This document shows positions 9,172-18,947 of a stretch of 41,069 nt of DNA, one piece after another (within the stretch, counting starts at the first letter, position 1; every line of letters begins with the position of its first letter). The DNA is taken from positions 1 to 41,069 of the IMG/VR virus record IMGVR_UViG_3300045988_157337; one strand, given 5' to 3'. Origin of the DNA: a virus. The position numbers and the translations under genes were made by a program. The notes beneath the pieces are model-generated. The model ran no database searches and was not told the DNA's origin. It was given only the letters and a program-made list of their open reading frames with translations.

Positions 9172-9505
9172 AGACGACGCGGGGTACGAGGCCCGGGGCG
9201 GGGCCGTGCTGGTTGCGGCGGCGGTAGATGTCGAGTGCCAGCTGGGCGTTGTCCTGCGTCTCGATGACCTCGAAGTGGCCCTCGTAGTCGCCCTCGGTGA
9301 GGCGGCGCGGGTAGCCGTATGAGCCGACCCGTGTAGCCTCGTACATGTCCAGTGCGCCAGCGAGAACGCGGTCGGTGTCCGTCCACCCGCTGGAGTGCCT
9401 GGCTGGGACGCCCAGGAACTCGGTGGGGCGCACCCCCCAGCTCTTCGCGGATCGGAGTGCCTGGACCAGCCACGTGTGCCGCGCCTGGTCCAGGCACTCC
9501 GTCAC
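9155..9505 (-). CDS. Tail assembly chaperone, downstream (T-like) reading frame
   Basis: It lies in the -1 frame relative to 9502..10029 and is open from 9628. It could be made by frameshifting, or independently from the GTG at 9505 (GTGA overlap). I found no canonical XXXYYYZ heptamer. Confidence 0.55.
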   Translation of the reverse strand: MTECLDQARHTWLVQALRSAKSWGVRPTEFLGVPARHSSGWTDTDRVLAGALDMYEATRVGSYGYPRRLTEGDYEGHFEVIETQDNAQLALDIYRRRNQHGPAPGLVPRVVFTGEE

Positions 9506-10029
9506 GAAGGGACTGAAATGGCCGGCTTCGTGGCGTTCACCGCCGCAACTGCGGACACGAGATCCACGATCTGCGGCTCGATGCGGTCGCGGAGCGTCCG
9601 GAGCAGCTGGGGCGTGAATCCGGGAGGATCAATGATCTGCGCGGCGATCTGCTCCATGACGAGGTCGTTCTCGGTCTTCCCCTCCTCCGCGTGGTCGGCG
9701 CGGAAGCGGGTGATCCAGTCGGTGGACCGGCCCTGCACGGTGACGGCGAGGCTGGAGTCCTTCAGCTCGCGCGTCACTGCGGAGATCTCGTCCCTGATCC
9801 TCCTCTTCCTCTCCGTGTCCGCTGCGGCCTTCGCTTCCGTCAGGTCCGCCGTGAGGCGGGAGAGGGTGCCGAAGAGGTCGCCGCGGGCGTAGAGGACGAC
9901 GGTGCGGGTGGCGGGGATGACGCCCTCGACCCATGCGGCGAGGTCGAAGGTGGCGGGGTCGGGGGTGGTGTCCTGGGTCTGGGGCGTCGCGGTTTCGTTC
10001 ATCGTGAGTTCGTCGTCAATGGCTGCCAT
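9502..10029 (-). CDS. Tail assembly chaperone (G-like)
   Basis: 175 aa, acidic, with the ATG verified at 10029. Positioned between the major tail and tape measure genes. Confidence 0.7.
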   Translation of the reverse strand: MAAIDDELTMNETATPQTQDTTPDPATFDLAAWVEGVIPATRTVVLYARGDLFGTLSRLTADLTEAKAAADTERKRRIRDEISAVTRELKDSSLAVTVQGRSTDWITRFRADHAEEGKTENDLVMEQIAAQIIDPPGFTPQLLRTLRDRIEPQIVDLVSAVAAVNATKPAISVPS

Positions 10030-10142
10030 GCTCGTGCTCCTATGCGGGTGTGCGGCTGCCTCTTGCGGGTGGTGGGTGTGTGCCGTCCTGCTGGGCTGTG
10101 GCAGCCTGGTGGAGAGCCCAGCAGGACGGGGATTGTGGCGGG

Positions 10143-10661
10143 TTACGCGGCCTTCACGGCCACGTCCTCCTTCGCGTCCATCACGTTCAGCTTCGCGGTC
10201 CTCTTGATGTAGCCGCTGAAGCGGTCGGACGGCTTCGTCGGGGTTCCGAGGACGACCTCGTACACCGAAACGATGTCGCCCTCTTCGATCTCCTTCGCCT
10301 CGTCCGGGCCCTCGCGTTCGACCAGCCACAGGCTGGTGTCCTTCTTCTTGATGAGGTCCCATACGAAGTCGTCGGCGACCACGGGCTTCCCCTGGTCGTC
10401 GAGGTAGCGGAAGACGGTGATGTTCCCCGTGTAGCTCGTCGGTCCGGGTGCCTTCCCCTCCCCTTTCTTGCACATTTCCTGCTCGGTGATCTCCGCGTCG
10501 GAGTCCGCGCCGAGCGCGTAGTCGCTCTTCATGATCCGGCAGGAGATCTTCTTCCCCGCCTTGATCTCGTCGACCTTCGGCGCCGCCATGTCGGCGGGCG
10601 CGCTGGTGAGCGCCCACAGGCTGATGCGCCCGTCGGCCAGGGTCTTCACTCCAGGTGCCAT
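10143..10661 (-). CDS. Major tail protein
   Basis: 172 aa with the ATG at 10661 verified and GAAGGAGAA upstream. Position and size are typical for a siphovirus tube protein. Confidence 0.7.
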   Translation of the reverse strand: MAPGVKTLADGRISLWALTSAPADMAAPKVDEIKAGKKISCRIMKSDYALGADSDAEITEQEMCKKGEGKAPGPTSYTGNITVFRYLDDQGKPVVADDFVWDLIKKKDTSLWLVEREGPDEAKEIEEGDIVSVYEVVLGTPTKPSDRFSGYIKRTAKLNVMDAKEDVAVKAA

Positions 10662-10663
10662 TT

Positions 10664-10822
10664 CTATTCTCCTTCGTCCGTGTTGGTGCCCCCGCAGCAT
10701 GCGGGCTCCGGGGTGTTGTCGGGGGCGTCGAGGGTGTAGTCGGCGCCGAGGACGGGGTGCCCGATCCAGTGCTCGGGGACTGTCTGCCACGCGCCCGTCC
10801 GCGCGTTCCATGCCTGTACCAT
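10664..10822 (-). CDS. Small hypothetical protein (52 aa), not in the ORF track
   Basis: Hand translation gives MVQAWNARTGAWQTVPEHWIGHPVLGADYTLDAPDNTPEPACCGGTNTDEGE. It is tightly packed between the flanking genes and has high GC3. Confidence 0.5.
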   Translation of the reverse strand: MVQAWNARTGAWQTVPEHWIGHPVLGADYTLDAPDNTPEPACCGGTNTDEGE

Positions 10823-10825
10823 GCG

Positions 10826-11260
10826 TCACTCCTGTCTCTGTGTGGCCTGGATGCGCAGGCCGATGGACACCCATCGCGGGTTCCTGTTCGTCTCCGCCAC
10901 TACGGTGCTGTTGTCCGACTGGACGTTCGTGGCGTCGGTGACGGTGAGGGGGAAAACGCGCCAGCCGGGGACGGTTGGCGACCATCCGGCGAGGGCGGTG
11001 ATGATGGTGTCGGCGAGGTCGAGGGCGTTGGGCGCTGTGCCCGCGACTGCCTGTACGCGGATCACCTGGTTCACGTCGCGCCCGCGCCCTGCGATGTCGG
11101 GGGCGCGCGGGATGGCCGGGGGGCCCCAGGTGAAGGCGTAGGGGAGGGGCGGGTTCGCTGGCGGGTCTCCGAGGTAGGCGCGGACCTGCTTTCCTCCGGC
11201 GTGCAGTCCCCCTACTTTCTCCACGATCTTTTGCATCACTGCGCGCGTCACGCCGGCCAT
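10826..11260 (-). CDS. Tail terminator / tail completion protein candidate
   Basis: 144 aa. The call rests on position directly upstream of the major tail gene region. Confidence 0.5.
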   Translation of the reverse strand: MAGVTRAVMQKIVEKVGGLHAGGKQVRAYLGDPPANPPLPYAFTWGPPAIPRAPDIAGRGRDVNQVIRVQAVAGTAPNALDLADTIITALAGWSPTVPGWRVFPLTVTDATNVQSDNSTVVAETNRNPRWVSIGLRIQATQRQE

Positions 11261-11640
11261 AGGTCCTCCACGATGCTGGTGATGGCCGCCTCGAACGCGG
11301 CGGCCTCCTCCTCCAACGGCTCACGGGGGTCTCGGGTGTGCCCGCCGCCGCGGCTGGTGCCGAAGTAGGCGATATTGGCGAGTGCGCCCGACGGTTTCGA
11401 TGGCCCAACCTCCGCCTCGATGCTCGGGCCGTCGTGGTGGATGTCGTAGGAGACCGTGGCCGCGACGGCGCGTATGCCGCCGTTGGACGATGCCTGTAGG
11501 TCGCTTTGCATCGCCTTCTTGATGTTCACCGCGCCCTTGTTGACTGCTGGCAGTAGCCAGCGCGCGAGTTCCCCTGGGAGGCGTGTTGCGTCCGCTGCTG
11601 CCCGCCGCACCTCGCCTGTGTCGATCTCGATGCCGGTCAC
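11248..11640 (-). CDS. HK97 gp10-like head-tail joining protein
   Basis: GTG at 11640 forms a GTGA overlap with the upstream stop. About 130 aa. Position and composition fit the gp10-like family. Confidence 0.55.
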   Translation of the reverse strand: MTGIEIDTGEVRRAAADATRLPGELARWLLPAVNKGAVNIKKAMQSDLQASSNGGIRAVAATVSYDIHHDGPSIEAEVGPSKPSGALANIAYFGTSRGGGHTRDPREPLEEEAAAFEAAITSIVEDLWPA

Positions 11641-12035
11641 GGGATTCCCCCATCGTCGATGTCGTCCCGGTTCGTCTCGACGTCTACCTGGAATCGACGG
11701 CTTGTCGCGTAGGTCTTGTCGAACAGGCCGGTGACTCGGAAGACGGAGAGGTAGCCGGTGACGCGGATGAGGTCTCCGACTCGGACTGCGCCCACGTTGT
11801 GGGGGATGTGGATGCTGTACCGCTGCGTGACGACGAGCGCCCCTGCGGACTGGGCGGCGGTCTCGTGGGCCTCGTACGTCTGGACCTTGCAGCGCCCCTC
11901 CCACACCGGCGTCTCTGTGATTCGGTCGAGGCCGTCGGGGTCGGGGGTGGTGGTGGGGCGGGTGATGGTGCAGGTGTCCGTCATGAGGGCCTCTGCGGCC
12001 CGGCGCCCTGCGGTTAGCGCTGTCTGCGCGGTCAT
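11637..12035 (-). CDS. Head closure / head-tail adaptor protein
   Basis: ATG at 12035 (ATGA overlap); an alternative ATG lies at 12041. About 132 aa, in the connector module. Confidence 0.55.
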   Translation of the reverse strand: MTAQTALTAGRRAAEALMTDTCTITRPTTTPDPDGLDRITETPVWEGRCKVQTYEAHETAAQSAGALVVTQRYSIHIPHNVGAVRVGDLIRVTGYLSVFRVTGLFDKTYATSRRFQVDVETNRDDIDDGGIP

Positions 12036-12445
12036 GCCCATCCGCTCCTCTCCAGTGGGGCGTTGCGGTCGTGTCCTCCGTACCAGGGGTTTGGTGTGGC
12101 GATGGGGAGCCATGCTCCTGCTGTGCCGCCGTCTTCGGAGAGGCGCGCCCACTCCGCTTCTGTGAGTGCCAGCTCCGCGCTTGCGGCTGCGGCCTCCAGC
12201 GTGTAGCTGTAGTCGTCGATCCTCTCGTTCCGTTTCCCGTCTGGGTTGCGGACTCTGCGCGCCACGACTTCGGTGATGACGTCGGAGAGGATGGCTGGGT
12301 CGAGTCGGTGGAGGTCGCCGAGGCGCGCGGCGATTATCCTCTCCACCTTCTCGATCCAGTTGGTGATCTGCTTCTGCTCTTCGGGGTCGGTGATGGGGCG
12401 GCCCAGGGTGACCGCCACCTCCAACACGGTCGCGTGGTCAGCCAC
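12032..12445 (-). CDS. gp6-like head-tail connector protein
   Basis: 137 aa. GTG start after GAGGAGG. Helical N-terminus typical of the connector family, lying downstream of the capsid gene. Confidence 0.6.
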   Translation of the reverse strand: MADHATVLEVAVTLGRPITDPEEQKQITNWIEKVERIIAARLGDLHRLDPAILSDVITEVVARRVRNPDGKRNERIDDYSYTLEAAAASAELALTEAEWARLSEDGGTAGAWLPIATPNPWYGGHDRNAPLERSGWA

Positions 12446-12460
12446 TTGGGCCGCCTCCTC

Positions 12461-12619
12461 TCACTTCTTCCCCGTTTTCTCGTCTTCGGCTGTCTTCTCG
12501 TCTTCGGCGGCGGGTGGCGCGTACCCGTGGGCGGTCCACACGTCAGCCTGTTCGGCGCCCACAGTCACCGTGATCCCGTTGGGGGACACGAGAGTGACCA
12601 CATCCTCGACGCCGATCAC
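12461..12619 (-). CDS. Small hypothetical protein (52 aa), not in the ORF track
   Basis: GTG at 12619 forms a GTGA overlap with the capsid stop. Hand translation gives VIGVEDVVTLVSPNGITVTVGAEQADVWTAHGYAPPAAEDEKTAEDEKTGKK. Confidence 0.5.
   Translation of the reverse strand: MIGVEDVVTLVSPNGITVTVGAEQADVWTAHGYAPPAAEDEKTAEDEKTGKK
12477..12508. repeat. 18-bp tandem duplication (ttctcgtcttcggc at 12477 and 12495)
   Basis: Seen directly in the sequence. It encodes the AEDEKT AEDEKT repeat in the small ORF. Confidence 0.8.
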
Positions 12620-13527
12620 TTCGTCACCAGCTTCACGAACGCTTCCTTGTCGGCGAGGACGAAGCCGAACTCGGCCTCGGCCCTCAGAGCGACGAGGTTG
12701 TTCTCGTAGAGGGACACCAGCTGTCCGCCGATGGTGACGGTCGCCTCGGTCGAGATGTCGTACTCAATTCCACCGACCGCGCCCCAGGCGCCCTTCGTCC
12801 AGTCGCCGGCGAAGCCGACGGTCTTGTCGTTCCCGACGTTCTCGTGCATGCGGCTGATCCGTCCCAGGACGGAGCCGTAGCGGATCACCGGGGCGAGGTC
12901 CTGGTAGTGGGCCTCGGCGAAGAGAGGGCGACCGTTGTTGTCCTTGGCGTCGAGGAACGCGGGCTCGAAACCCGTGTCGAAGGCCCATCCGGTGACCTTC
13001 TTCTTCGGCGTCCCCTTCACGTTGAGGGTGATGGCCTGCACGAGTTCGTCGTACAGTTTTGTCCCGTCGCCGCTCACCTCCACCGACTTCGTCGTCTCCG
13101 CGACGTGGTGGTCGAAGGGGCCGGTCCCAGTGCCGTCCCCGCCCTTGTTGTGGAAGACGGCGAGGTCGAAGGCGACTGCGAAGGCGTCCGCAAGGTGCGT
13201 GCGGAGAGTTTGCGCGTAATCCGCGGGGTTCGCGCGAACGACTTCCTGGGACATGACTGCGATGGCGGCGATCTTCTGCGGCTTCATGGTCACGATTCCG
13301 ACGTCGGCCTGGGTCGTCGGCTTCTTTCCTGCTTCAGCGACCCAGTTGGCCGTGGGCTTGTTCGTGAGGATGGGGAAGCTGACCCCAGCGGGGCCGAGCT
13401 CCTGGCGCTGGAACATCTGCATGGCGACGGAGCCTTTGACGGCGTCGTCGAAGATGGATGCGGCCTGCTCCGGGGGCAGGAAGTTCTTGTCGAAGTCCTT
13501 GAGCTGTTTTGCGGCTGTGATAGCCAT
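12616..13527 (-). CDS. Major capsid protein (HK97 fold)
   Basis: 303 aa from the ATG at 13527 (verified). The sequence pattern and the position after the scaffold gene are typical for HK97-type capsid proteins. Confidence 0.85.
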   Translation of the reverse strand: MAITAAKQLKDFDKNFLPPEQAASIFDDAVKGSVAMQMFQRQELGPAGVSFPILTNKPTANWVAEAGKKPTTQADVGIVTMKPQKIAAIAVMSQEVVRANPADYAQTLRTHLADAFAVAFDLAVFHNKGGDGTGTGPFDHHVAETTKSVEVSGDGTKLYDELVQAITLNVKGTPKKKVTGWAFDTGFEPAFLDAKDNNGRPLFAEAHYQDLAPVIRYGSVLGRISRMHENVGNDKTVGFAGDWTKGAWGAVGGIEYDISTEATVTIGGQLVSLYENNLVALRAEAEFGFVLADKEAFVKLVTK

Positions 13528-13558
13528 TGTGTTTTCCTTCCGAGCGGTTCGGGATTGG

Positions 13559-14056
13559 TCAGACAGTGCCGCCGACGGCGGCGGCGAGCGCGGCGGCGAT
13601 GGGATCGACGTCCGGTGTAGTGGCCTGGGCGCCGCCCTGTGTGGGGTCGGGGCGCATGCGCAGCGGTTCATCCGCCTTCTCGTCGCTGTCCCCTCCGGTG
13701 GTGGGGAGCGCGGCGAGGAGCTTGTCGGCGGATTCAGCGAGTTCCTCGCGCGTGTTGCCGCGGAGGAACTCGGCGAGGGCGTCGGGGATCTTCTTCTCGT
13801 GGATCACCTGGCTTCGCGCCAGGTCCGTGGTGAGGCCCGCGATCTTCTGGTCCTTCGCCTTGAGCTCGTCCGCCTGCTTGGACTTCAGGGCCTCCACGGC
13901 GGCCATCTGCTCGGCGAGGAGCGTCTCCGCGGCCTTTGCGCGCTGGTCTGCTGCTTTCCTCGCCTCCCTTTCGGCCTTGAGCGCCTTCTGCCCGGCGGTG
14001 CCGAGCTGCTGGTCGCCGTCGTTCGTGGCGTCGGTGGTGTCGGTGCTGTCTGCCAT
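13559..14056 (-). CDS. Scaffolding protein
   Basis: 165 aa from the ATG at 14056. Highly charged, Ala/Lys/Glu-rich coiled coil, lying immediately upstream of the capsid gene. Confidence 0.75.
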   Translation of the reverse strand: MADSTDTTDATNDGDQQLGTAGQKALKAEREARKAADQRAKAAETLLAEQMAAVEALKSKQADELKAKDQKIAGLTTDLARSQVIHEKKIPDALAEFLRGNTREELAESADKLLAALPTTGGDSDEKADEPLRMRPDPTQGGAQATTPDVDPIAAALAAAVGGTV

Positions 14057-14174
14057 GGTTTTCGTTCTCCTTCGTCCGAATCGCTCGGGGTCGGGTTGGT
14101 GGGCCGTCGCGGCCCGGGTTGTGTGTGCCCGGCGCGTCCTGCGTCGGGTCGCTTGCGTGTAGCCCCTTCTGTTC

Positions 14175-15407
14175 TCAGTGGGCCATGCGGAGGAGGCGGC
14201 GCATCTCCGTGAGTTCTCCTCGGGCCGCGACGGCCGCGTAGTAGCGGGCCTCGACCTGGGCCGCGATCTGCGGCGTGAGGGGCGTCTCCTGCGCGCCGAT
14301 GCGCGTCCCGCCGTGCCTCTCCTGCGCGCGGCTGCTGTACGGGTTCCTCCCCGCCAGGACGTCCTGCCAGTCGCGGGCCGCCTCACGGACGCGGCGCTGC
14401 GCGGCCGTCTCGCTCGTGCTGGCCTGCCCTGTCTGCTGCCCGTGCAGGGATCCGGTGGGGACCTGCCCGCCTGGGAGGATGTACCCTTGGTCGCGCAGGG
14501 CGCGGATGGCGTCCTCGCGCTTGGGATTGAGCCTGTAGATCGTGTCGGGCGTCATGCGGCGCTGGCCGCGTTGGAGAGTGGTCGAGGCGTGTCCACGGCG
14601 CGTGCCCTCGCGGGTGAAGGGATCGCCGGGGGACCGCATGCCCCGGCGCGCGTTCACGACCTGCCCCATGTCGGCGCCGTCACGGATCGCGCGGGCTGCG
14701 GCCCGGCCGAAGACCCTGTCCTGCTCAGCCTCGGAGAGGTCATTGAACGCCTGGTAGGGGTCGTCGATGAGTCCATGGGCGAACGCCTCGGCCTGGCTGG
14801 TGACCAGGGTGGGGACGTGGATGCAGTCGCAGCGCGGATGTCGCTGGAATCCTTGGTTCCAGCGGAAGAACTTCCCGGCTAGGATCATGCACCTGCTGCA
14901 CGATGGAGGATTCAGCATCCGCACGTACCCGGTGCGGGGTCGGGCTGCGATGCCGACGGACGCTGCGGCCCGTCCGGCGTCGGCGACTGCGGTGGTGATG
15001 AGCATCGTCAACTGGGATCCGGCTGCCCGCATTGCTGCGTTGGTGGCCCAGCCGTCCCCTATCAGCTCCTTCGCCCGCACGGCTGGCGAGTAGAGGAGGC
15101 CCTGGAGCGCCCGTCCGTCCCCCGCTGCGCCCGCGACCGCTGTTGGGTCTGGTATGCCAGTGGGCGGCGCCCACGCGCCCTGAGCGGCGAGGGCGAGGGG
15201 AGCGGACATGACTGCGGATTCGGCGGCTGTGCGCTGCGCTGTGGCGACGGCGCTGACGACGTCCGCCAGGCCCTCCTCCCAGGTCTCGCTGATCCAGTCG
15301 GGGGATACCCGGTGCCAGGCGCGGCGACCTACGGCCGCGGCCGCGGCCTGTGCCCGTAGGACCCGCCGGTAGTGGTGGATTGATGCGTCAGGGAGCGCGG
15401 TCGGCAT
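14175..15407 (-). CDS. MuF-like / SPP1 gp7-like minor head (head morphogenesis) protein
   Basis: 410 aa. Contains the conserved Cys cluster CSRCMILAGKFF...HPRCDCIH. Follows the portal gene. Confidence 0.75.
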   Translation of the reverse strand: MPTALPDASIHHYRRVLRAQAAAAAVGRRAWHRVSPDWISETWEEGLADVVSAVATAQRTAAESAVMSAPLALAAQGAWAPPTGIPDPTAVAGAAGDGRALQGLLYSPAVRAKELIGDGWATNAAMRAAGSQLTMLITTAVADAGRAAASVGIAARPRTGYVRMLNPPSCSRCMILAGKFFRWNQGFQRHPRCDCIHVPTLVTSQAEAFAHGLIDDPYQAFNDLSEAEQDRVFGRAAARAIRDGADMGQVVNARRGMRSPGDPFTREGTRRGHASTTLQRGQRRMTPDTIYRLNPKREDAIRALRDQGYILPGGQVPTGSLHGQQTGQASTSETAAQRRVREAARDWQDVLAGRNPYSSRAQERHGGTRIGAQETPLTPQIAAQVEARYYAAVAARGELTEMRRLLRMAH

Positions 15408-15409
15408 CG

Positions 15410-16768
15410 TCAGTCAGTCCCCGTGTCGGCGCCGCTCATGGTCTTCGCGAGCAGACGCTCGAGCTCTGGGTCGCGGTCCTCACGGTCGAAGTACTCGCGC
15501 TCCTGGGCCTTCCTGGCATCGTCCCATCCCAGCTCGTCCCACGCGCCCTCACGGCTGATGAGGGGCTTCCCGCCAGCGAGCTTCTGCAGCGCATCGGCCT
15601 TCTGGCTGAACGTCGGAGTCGCTGGGTCGTGCCACACGACGTTGACGGCGCCCATCGGCACCGTGTGCCCCATGAGGCGCGCAGCGAGGGTGAGGACGCG
15701 GCTCAGGGCCGCCCCGCACTCCGCGTTCACCCTCTCCACCCTTTTCACCAGCTTCGCCTCCTCCGCGCGGATGGCGCCCTCGGCCGGCGGGTTCGTCGTG
15801 ATGAGACCGAAGTAGCGGGCCGGGAAGCCCGTCAGGCTTGCTGCGAGCTTGCCGTAGAGCTCGATGGTGGCGTGGAAGTTGGTGAGTTCGCCGGGCGATA
15901 GCTGTGTGACCCGCGCCGACGGGTTCTTGAGGGCGACGAAGGGCGAAAGGTAGTTGAACCATGCGTCGGGGCTGGCGAAGTCGCTCTTGGAGGCGCCCGC
16001 GATGATCCTCTTCGGCACCGCCGTCGTCTCGAGTGCGACCTGCATTTCCGTGACGGCGCGAACCGCTGCGTCGGTGATGCCCATGATGTCCGTCATCTCG
16101 CTGTGGCCGAGCGTCTCGCCGGTCATCTGACGGTTGAATGAGGCGACGACGGGGACGGCACCGAGATTGTGCAGGTCGCGGTCGGCGACCGTCCACTTAC
16201 CTCCCACTGTAACGAGGGTCACTGTGCTGGTGGGCCTGTGGATCACTGCGTACCGTGTTGTACGGCCGTCGTCGTCCTCCACCTCCCACATGCGCACTGC
16301 GTACTCGATGCGCTGTCGCCGGGCGTCGTAGTGGACGGTCATCTGCCTGGGCGGTTCGACCCGGATCACCGGGTAGTCGTCCGGCGTGTCCCCGGGGCCG
16401 ACGGAGAGGTAGCCGCGCCCGAAGATCAACCTGTCTCGGCGCCACATGCACAGCTCCGAGTTCAGGTCGTTCGCGTCCATGAGGGCTTGCAGGGCGTCGG
16501 CCGCCTCCGGATGCGACGGCACCAGGATGCTCTTCACATCCTGCCTTTCCTCAATGGTGTCGACCACGATCCTTGGCCAGTTCACCACGGTCTCCAGGGT
16601 GCGGAGCGAGGAGGGGAGGGCGAGGCCGAGGTGTTGGACCGTCTGCCGGCCCTCGTAGTACTGCAGCGCCGTCTTATCGCTCCGGGCCAGGGCCGCGAGC
16701 GCGTTCCCGGCGTGGCGGAGGATGGTTTCCTCTTCCGACGTGACCGGATTGATTATGGTCGGGCGCAC
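15410..16768 (-). CDS. Portal protein (SPP1 gp6-like)
   Basis: 452 aa with a GTG start. Lies directly after the terminase large subunit. Size and sequence character fit a portal. Confidence 0.85.
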   Translation of the reverse strand: MRPTIINPVTSEEETILRHAGNALAALARSDKTALQYYEGRQTVQHLGLALPSSLRTLETVVNWPRIVVDTIEERQDVKSILVPSHPEAADALQALMDANDLNSELCMWRRDRLIFGRGYLSVGPGDTPDDYPVIRVEPPRQMTVHYDARRQRIEYAVRMWEVEDDDGRTTRYAVIHRPTSTVTLVTVGGKWTVADRDLHNLGAVPVVASFNRQMTGETLGHSEMTDIMGITDAAVRAVTEMQVALETTAVPKRIIAGASKSDFASPDAWFNYLSPFVALKNPSARVTQLSPGELTNFHATIELYGKLAASLTGFPARYFGLITTNPPAEGAIRAEEAKLVKRVERVNAECGAALSRVLTLAARLMGHTVPMGAVNVVWHDPATPTFSQKADALQKLAGGKPLISREGAWDELGWDDARKAQEREYFDREDRDPELERLLAKTMSGADTGTD

Positions 16769-16783
16769 TCCCGCCCCCTTTCC

Positions 16784-18421
16784 TTACCAGGTGAATGCGA
16801 TGGGGCCGCTGTCGTCCCATCCCTCTGCGTGCTCGTCCGCCGCTGCCTCGTGCGCGAGGACGTCGGCCATGAGCACGTCGATCTTCATGTGCTCGGCGGG
16901 CTTGCCCAGGATGTACTTGTCTCCGGGTTTGGCCACTCGGCGGGCGTGGAGGGCGTGGGTTTTCGCTGTTTCATCCCTCGTGTGGGTGGTGAGGCCCTCG
17001 GCGAGGTCCTCCCTGTAGCGGGTGAGGGCGGCGAACATCCGTTGGATGCTGTTGGTCGGCCATTGCACGACGACGTCGTCGCCGTACAGGGTTTCCCAGT
17101 GGTCGATCTGGGTCTCCCAGTGTCGGGGGTCGCAGTAGAAGCGTTGGACGTCGTAGCGGTCCATGATCTCGGCTACGGCGGCTTCCACTTCTCCGCGTGG
17201 GATCCGTCCGTCTGGCCATGCTTGGGGGTCCCACACGGTGTCGCGGCGGTCGGGGCCGTAGGTGGGGGTGAAGCGGAGGCCGTTGACTGTTTCGGCGCGG
17301 ATTGCGGTCCAGTCGCCGGAGCGGGAGCCGTCGAAGCCGAGGGTGATCTCGGCTCCGTCTTCGGGCTGCTCGTCCCGTGTAGCCCCCTCCCACACCTTCT
17401 CCGACAGGTACGATCCCTTGCCCTGCACGAGGCGGTTCCCGAAGAACCTCTCTGCCTGCGTCGGGTCGCGCTCCATGAGCTCGTCCGCCTCCGCATCGAT
17501 CGCCTTGGGATCGACCCACGGGCTGGAGGCGTAGACGAAGCGGTGGATCTTCGACCTGTCCGCCTTCTTCGAGTAGTCCCACTCCAGTGGTGGGCGCTCG
17601 TAGAAGCGGAAGATGTCCCGGACACGGGCCTGGTAGGTCTGCTGAGCGCTGCTGTTCTCCATCGGGTCCCACGGGTTCGTAAGCTCGATGGTGCGACCCT
17701 GCATGCCTGCGACGGCGCGGCGGATCGTGTGCCACGTCGTCATGACCCCGGACTGCTCCGTGTACAGGCCGGACTCGTCCGCGATTGCCGCGGTGAAGGG
17801 CTGCCCGAGCTTCGACCTTGATGCCGATGTGACCGGCACGATCTTCCCGCCGTTCGGCAGACGGATGAATCCCTCGCGGACGTGGACGAAGTCGCTGAGG
17901 GGCCCGCCCGCGATCATCGTCTGCAAGGGCTCGTACACGTTCCGCGTCTGGTCCTCGGCGAAGGCGAGGAGGGCGATCAGCGACTTCGTCCGCGGCGCGC
18001 CCATCGCCTCGCCGGGCTCGTACTCCCTCTCCCACCCGCACCCGCACCCGTGGTCGCTGCACCTGTAGACCTCGCCGCCCCGCGCCCATCCGGCGAAGAT
18101 GGTGGGGCCGACGCCCTCAGCCAGCGCGTCAGCGGCCGCCAGCGGCGACTTCCCCGACTTCTGCGGGCCAACCCACAGGCTGCGCCGGTAGTAGAAGGGT
18201 GCGACGAGGCGCGTTGGATCTGGCTTCGCATTCGCCTTCACCCTGTAGTGGTTGGCGTTGCAGTACAACTGCCAACCATTCAGCTCCAGGGGCTGGTCGA
18301 AGTAGACGCCGGAGGGGACCCGGCAGTGCTGCTCGATCCAGTCGGTGACGAGGAAGCCGAGGGTGTGCAGGGGGTTGAAGTCGAGGACGAGTGGCGCGGG
18401 CGCGAACTCATCCTCGGCCAC
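16784..18421 (-). CDS. Terminase large subunit
   Basis: 545 aa. Walker A-like motif GPQKSGKS, with a C-terminal nuclease-type region. Confidence 0.9.
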   Translation of the reverse strand: MAEDEFAPAPLVLDFNPLHTLGFLVTDWIEQHCRVPSGVYFDQPLELNGWQLYCNANHYRVKANAKPDPTRLVAPFYYRRSLWVGPQKSGKSPLAAADALAEGVGPTIFAGWARGGEVYRCSDHGCGCGWEREYEPGEAMGAPRTKSLIALLAFAEDQTRNVYEPLQTMIAGGPLSDFVHVREGFIRLPNGGKIVPVTSASRSKLGQPFTAAIADESGLYTEQSGVMTTWHTIRRAVAGMQGRTIELTNPWDPMENSSAQQTYQARVRDIFRFYERPPLEWDYSKKADRSKIHRFVYASSPWVDPKAIDAEADELMERDPTQAERFFGNRLVQGKGSYLSEKVWEGATRDEQPEDGAEITLGFDGSRSGDWTAIRAETVNGLRFTPTYGPDRRDTVWDPQAWPDGRIPRGEVEAAVAEIMDRYDVQRFYCDPRHWETQIDHWETLYGDDVVVQWPTNSIQRMFAALTRYREDLAEGLTTHTRDETAKTHALHARRVAKPGDKYILGKPAEHMKIDVLMADVLAHEAAADEHAEGWDDSGPIAFTW

Positions 18422-18947
18422 CGGTCACGACCTCTAGTGCCGCCATCCGGTCCCTCGACGACTTCTTCTTCGCCTTCTCCGGCGCCGGTTTCGGCGCCAA
18501 CGTGGCTCCGTCGCCGATCTGCCAGCGGTTCATCGCCAGACCTGCGGGGGTCATGCCGATCTGGTCGGCGAGTCGGAGCATCGCGGTCTTGTCCCCTGCC
18601 TTCGCGTTCTCCTCCTCGCACGACACTGCGAGCCGCACCCACTGGGCGACGAGGTACTGGAACCAGGGCTGCTCGTGCCACACTTCGGCCTGGGGCTGGG
18701 ACCACGCCCATGCCCACAGGGTGAGCTCGCGCTCGTACCTGACGCGCGTCGGCTCCTCGCGGAAGCGGCGGCCGCCGCCGGGGAGCGGCTCCCACAGGGC
18801 CATCGGTGGGAGTGAGAATCTGGGGGCGGGCTGCGCATCGGTGTCGATGCCTGTGAGGACTCGGAATTGGACGCCGCGGGCGTCTGATCGAGCCGAGTTC
18901 GGGTTGGCTGCGGGCCCGCTGCGGGCCCTCGCTCCTCCGCTTGCCAT
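18408..18947 (-). CDS. Terminase small subunit (P27-like)
   Basis: 179 aa from the ATG at 18947, preceded by AGGAACGGAGG. Trp-rich helical core. Lies between the HNH and TerL genes. Confidence 0.65.
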   Translation of the reverse strand: MASGGARARSGPAANPNSARSDARGVQFRVLTGIDTDAQPAPRFSLPPMALWEPLPGGGRRFREEPTRVRYERELTLWAWAWSQPQAEVWHEQPWFQYLVAQWVRLAVSCEEENAKAGDKTAMLRLADQIGMTPAGLAMNRWQIGDGATLAPKPAPEKAKKKSSRDRMAALEVVTGGRG

